Assembly: GCA_001244265.2 (NCBI GenBank)
Contig: CDLV01000010.1
Coordinates: 1,302,001 to 1,366,000, forward strand
Source: Microbotryum violaceum
Lineage: Eukaryota
Direction of reading: 5' to 3'
DNA: 64,000 bases
In this document: one piece after another, positions 61,971 to 64,000 of the stretch
How positions within the stretch are numbered: the first letter of the stretch is position 1
Layout: each line of letters begins with the position of its first letter
Made by a program: the position numbers and the translations under genes
Notes under the pieces: generated by a model
What the model was told of the DNA's origin: nothing
What the model saw: the letters and a program-made list of their open reading frames with translations, nothing else
Databases searched by the model: none

Positions 61971-63937
61971 TCACTCCTTAGACGGCTTGGGACCCGACTT
62001 TTTCTCTTTTCGCTTCCTAGATGCCTCAGCCACGAGCTTCTCCAGTTCTCTCCTCTCATCGTCGCCTTCCTCGGGTTTGACCGTCTTGAGAATCGCTCCC
62101 GTGAACATGATGGCCTGAGCCCGGCGGGTCAAGATCGCGTCCGTCACCTCGGGTGAATCCTTGACGAGCACTACAGGGTGGGAAGTGGATCAATCAGAGT
62201 ACATCCCAACAATCTTCGATAATAATAAAAGAGTGTACTCACCAGCATCAACGACTTGTCGCAACACGGTCGACAACTCGAACTTGGACCCCTTCCAAGC
62301 GACGAGCAACAGCTTCCCACTCATGTCGGCCTCAATCTTCTTAGCCTCAGCTTCATCCAATTCGCCCTTCTCTTGTCGTTTCTCCATCTCGGCCATCGAG
62401 CGTTGCACCTCCATCCCGACGCTAAGGAACGACCACCCCTCTTTGACCATCTGCCCCTTCTCCTTGACCCTGGACCACCACCCCGGCACACCGAGCGCGT
62501 TGGAGAAGAATGACTTTTTGTGCAGTTTGAGGTACGATGATGCCTTTTGCATATAAATCTGGCCAATCAAGTGGCACAACTCGACGCCAAAGCTCTCCAA
62601 GGCCAAGTCCATTGTCTCCTCTTTGATCCTCGCGAGGTAACGCTGCGTCTCCGGATCGTCGTTCGCCCCGGGGTTCTTGGCTTCAACAAAAGGACGGATA
62701 CGATCCTTGAGCTTGGATGAGAGCATCTTGATGCGTTGCTTCTTCTCCTCGGCCCTTTCCCGCTCGAACTGCTCCAACTTTTCGCGCTTCTCGGCTTCGA
62801 GCTTGCGCTTCTTCTCCTTCTCTTCGGCCGCGTCGGCAGCTGACAACGAGGCGTGAGCACCCGCAGCAGCAGTCGAGGCACCTGGGATGGGCGAGGTAGC
62901 CGTGGCGGTACCTAAAGAAGTCGATGTCGTCGGCGCGGACTTGCCTTCCATCGAAGCCGGTCCTGTCGTCGTTACGCCAGGACCCGCGGGAGTATCATCG
63001 ATGGTCGCGTGACTGATGTAACTTTGGGGAGGCGGCACGGTCGTGTTGTTTGAGGTTCCCAACGTGCTTGTTGTATCTGCTGAAGTAGATGCGGCGCCGA
63101 GGGTCGCGGTTGGGTCGGCGGCCTTTTGGGAAGGATCTGTACCCATCGTCTCGGCCTTGAGCTGTTCACGCTCCTCTTCTGTCGTGCTCAGTTCCTGCTG
63201 ACCACCAATTAAGCATCAGTCATTCCATTTGAATGATAGTAGCTTTAACTTCGTGCTTGACTTACGAATGCCTTGGACACATCTTTACCGAGCGAGATCT
63301 CGCCGATCCAATCCTCGAAGGCCTTGCCGCCAAAGATCTGACCAAACATCTCTCCCGGGTCGGGCATCGCCGCTTCGCCACCGGCTTCATTGACGGCTGA
63401 CTTTTTGCCCTGTTGAATTGTATCGGATGAGGTGTGGGGGCATGGTCAGCGAATCCGAGTGATGTATTCGTGAGCGACGGCACGGGTTCAGTGATGAGAT
63501 GACGAGGTAAAGACGTACCTGCTTATTGTACACCGCTCGTGCGTTTGAATCGGACAAGATGGCTGGTACGATGAAGGAAGTAGACGAATATGAGTATGGG
63601 AGATGTGCTTCGCGTGCCTTTGTTACGATGGGCCACGAACCATAAGCTTCGCCGATCTCTTGGAACCTCGCAGCGGCGGACTCGTCTCCAATATTCCGAT
63701 CGGGGTGGTTCCTTTGGTGTGGTTCCACGTGAGGAACGAGAGGTCAGAAGCGAAGCAAGACATTGCACATGCGTTTTATACTCACTTGAGGGCCAACTTC
63801 CTGTACTGCTTCCTGAGGATCTCTTGATCGACGTCGCCCTTGACGCCGAGGATGAGGTAGTAGCTCGGATCGACAATCTTCTCCCCGTCCGGACCGAGAC
63901 CGATGTTGTCCGCAGTGATGGGGTCGACGCTCGCCAT
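61971..63937 (-). CDS. J-domain protein with DnaJ-X domain (Djp1/Caj1-like)
   Basis: YYLILGV..ILRKQYRKLAL..HPDRN..FQEIGEAY, FGQIFGGKAFEDWIGEISL, DLALESFGVELCHLIGQIY, WKGSKFELSTVLRQVVD. Confidence 0.9.
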
Positions 63938-64000
63938 GTTTGAGTATGAGTAGTTGGACTATGTAAGAGTGTGCGGGTGTGTACAAGTGGGATGGGGGCG

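Overview
Gene-dense, intron-rich fungal nuclear DNA. Short GT-AG introns with CTRAY branch sites, high GC and the gene set point to a basidiomycete; a Pucciniomycotina/Microbotryomycetes-type yeast is my inference. About 22 host genes can be read: a Pho84-like phosphate transporter, a Gcn4/Cpc1-like bZIP, fimbrin, a double-DPBB expansin-like protein, a PDK-family kinase, a HotDog thioesterase, an HP1/Swi6-like protein, a cytochrome b5/acyl-CoA dehydrogenase, two tandem PQ-loop proteins, App1-like phosphatase, Sec72-like TPR, NASP/Sim3, a PB1-multi-ZZ protein, a sugar porter, SSADH, COG3, Leo1, an ataxin-10-domain protein, a mitochondrial-carrier-like protein, ferric reductase and a DnaJ-X protein. 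The exceptional part is an accessory block at about 3.2-10 kb. On the minus strand, six exons joined by five canonical, phase-compatible introns rebuild a ~1,060-aa Fanzor1-type (eukaryotic TnpB, RNA-guided) nuclease. All RuvC motifs and a zinc finger are present, but this copy has two in-frame TGA stops and one frameshift. Facing its 3' end is a ~1.25-kb non-coding segment packed with stems, GNRA tetraloops and a possible pseudoknot. Its G-U pairs place the RNA on the plus strand, antisense to the nuclease. A ~130-bp T-tract-led repeat marks the other side of the block and recurs alone at 19.1 kb. No transposase is visible. All calls come from manual reading and motif recognition; no searches or folding programs were run, and exon boundaries of host genes are approximate.
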